A stretch of DNA of 64,000 nucleotides. Source: Deltaproteobacteria bacterium. GTDB lineage: Bacteria; Desulfobacterota; Desulfarculia; Adiutricales; Adiutricaceae. The position numbers and the translations under genes are program-made. Below the pieces are notes generated by a model. The model worked only from the letters and a program-made list of their open reading frames with translations. It made no database searches and was not told where the DNA came from. The DNA lies in contig JAISMU010000045.1 in assembly GCA_031276635.1 (NCBI GenBank), positions 2,955-66,954 of the forward strand. Direction: 5' to 3'. Shown piece after piece: positions 63,703 through 64,000 of this stretch. Numbering within the stretch: the stretch's first letter is position 1; each line of letters starts with the position of its first letter.

Positions 63703-64000
63703 CAAAATTAAAATGACGACCTTGACCGCTGACGAACCCCAGGCTTGGATCGCTTTGGTCGCCAAAAATGAAGAGTGATTACCGGATATTAGGTCTTTAA
63801 ACTCTCATTTGGCCAAACGGGAGGCTTTAAAGGGCGGTCCCTGTATATTGAAGGCTATCAAGAGCTCCTGAATTTGGCTTCATTTTTGCTTATTTAGTGT
63901 TTTAGGTCCAAATCTGGTTTAAGGAACAGATTGGGGGCGTTTTTTTGTGGGGAATTTTTTTGCTCTTTTGGACACTTGCCTCAGAGGTGGAAAATGGCCA
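63703..64000 (+). repeat. segmental duplication, copy 2 (runs into the window edge)
   Basis: Matches copy 1, including the SD and ATGGCCA of the Cys-rich ORF at 63994-64000. Confidence 0.8.
63713..63871 (+). pseudogene. decayed duplicate of the SLT gene 3' end
   Basis: Reads MTTLTADEPQAWIALVAKNEE-stop. A 1-nt deletion relative to copy 1 (TTAAGG vs TTAGG) then shifts the frame before ...SLNSHLAKREALKGGPCILKAIKSS-stop. Confidence 0.65.

Overview
The window is a chromosomal segment from a GC-rich anaerobe. The Desulfobacterota-like assignment is an inference from desulfoferrodoxin, rubrerythrin and overall gene content. Well-supported housekeeping genes are ilvD, pyrC-pyrB, lepB, cvpA-mazG-rimO-polyprenyl synthase-coaBC, rlmE, hisD, tadA and proB. 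There is also a very large alpha-2-macroglobulin lipoprotein and a signalling cluster (V4R, GGDEF, MCP, LysM protein, hybrid histidine kinase). The unusual part is the architecture. GC-rich genes are separated by extremely AT-rich islands, two of which carry long intact AT-rich ORFs (a 421-aa membrane protein and an IS4-superfamily transposase). The window also holds several locally amplified gene families. One is three RlmE/FtsJ-like genes, two of which have altered SAM-loop and catalytic residues. The others are three truncated DnaJ-like zinc-finger proteins interleaved with three pRiA4b-ORF3-like proteins. Several non-coding repeat families accompany these paralogs: a 512-bp-period two-copy repeat, a dispersed ~250-bp repeat, a ~125-bp element found downstream of unrelated paralogs, and a segmental duplication at the right edge. 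Relics of mobile or defence DNA are present (DUF932 gene, MmeI-like pseudogene, IS1 InsA-like fragment). I recognised no rRNA, tRNA or CRISPR array, no reverse transcriptase, integrase or Cas gene, and no known defence enzyme. My best candidate for an undescribed system is the mini-DnaJ / pRiA4b-ORF3-like paralog locus at 53-60 kb with its repeat-rich leader. All homology calls come from reading the translations by eye; no searches were run.
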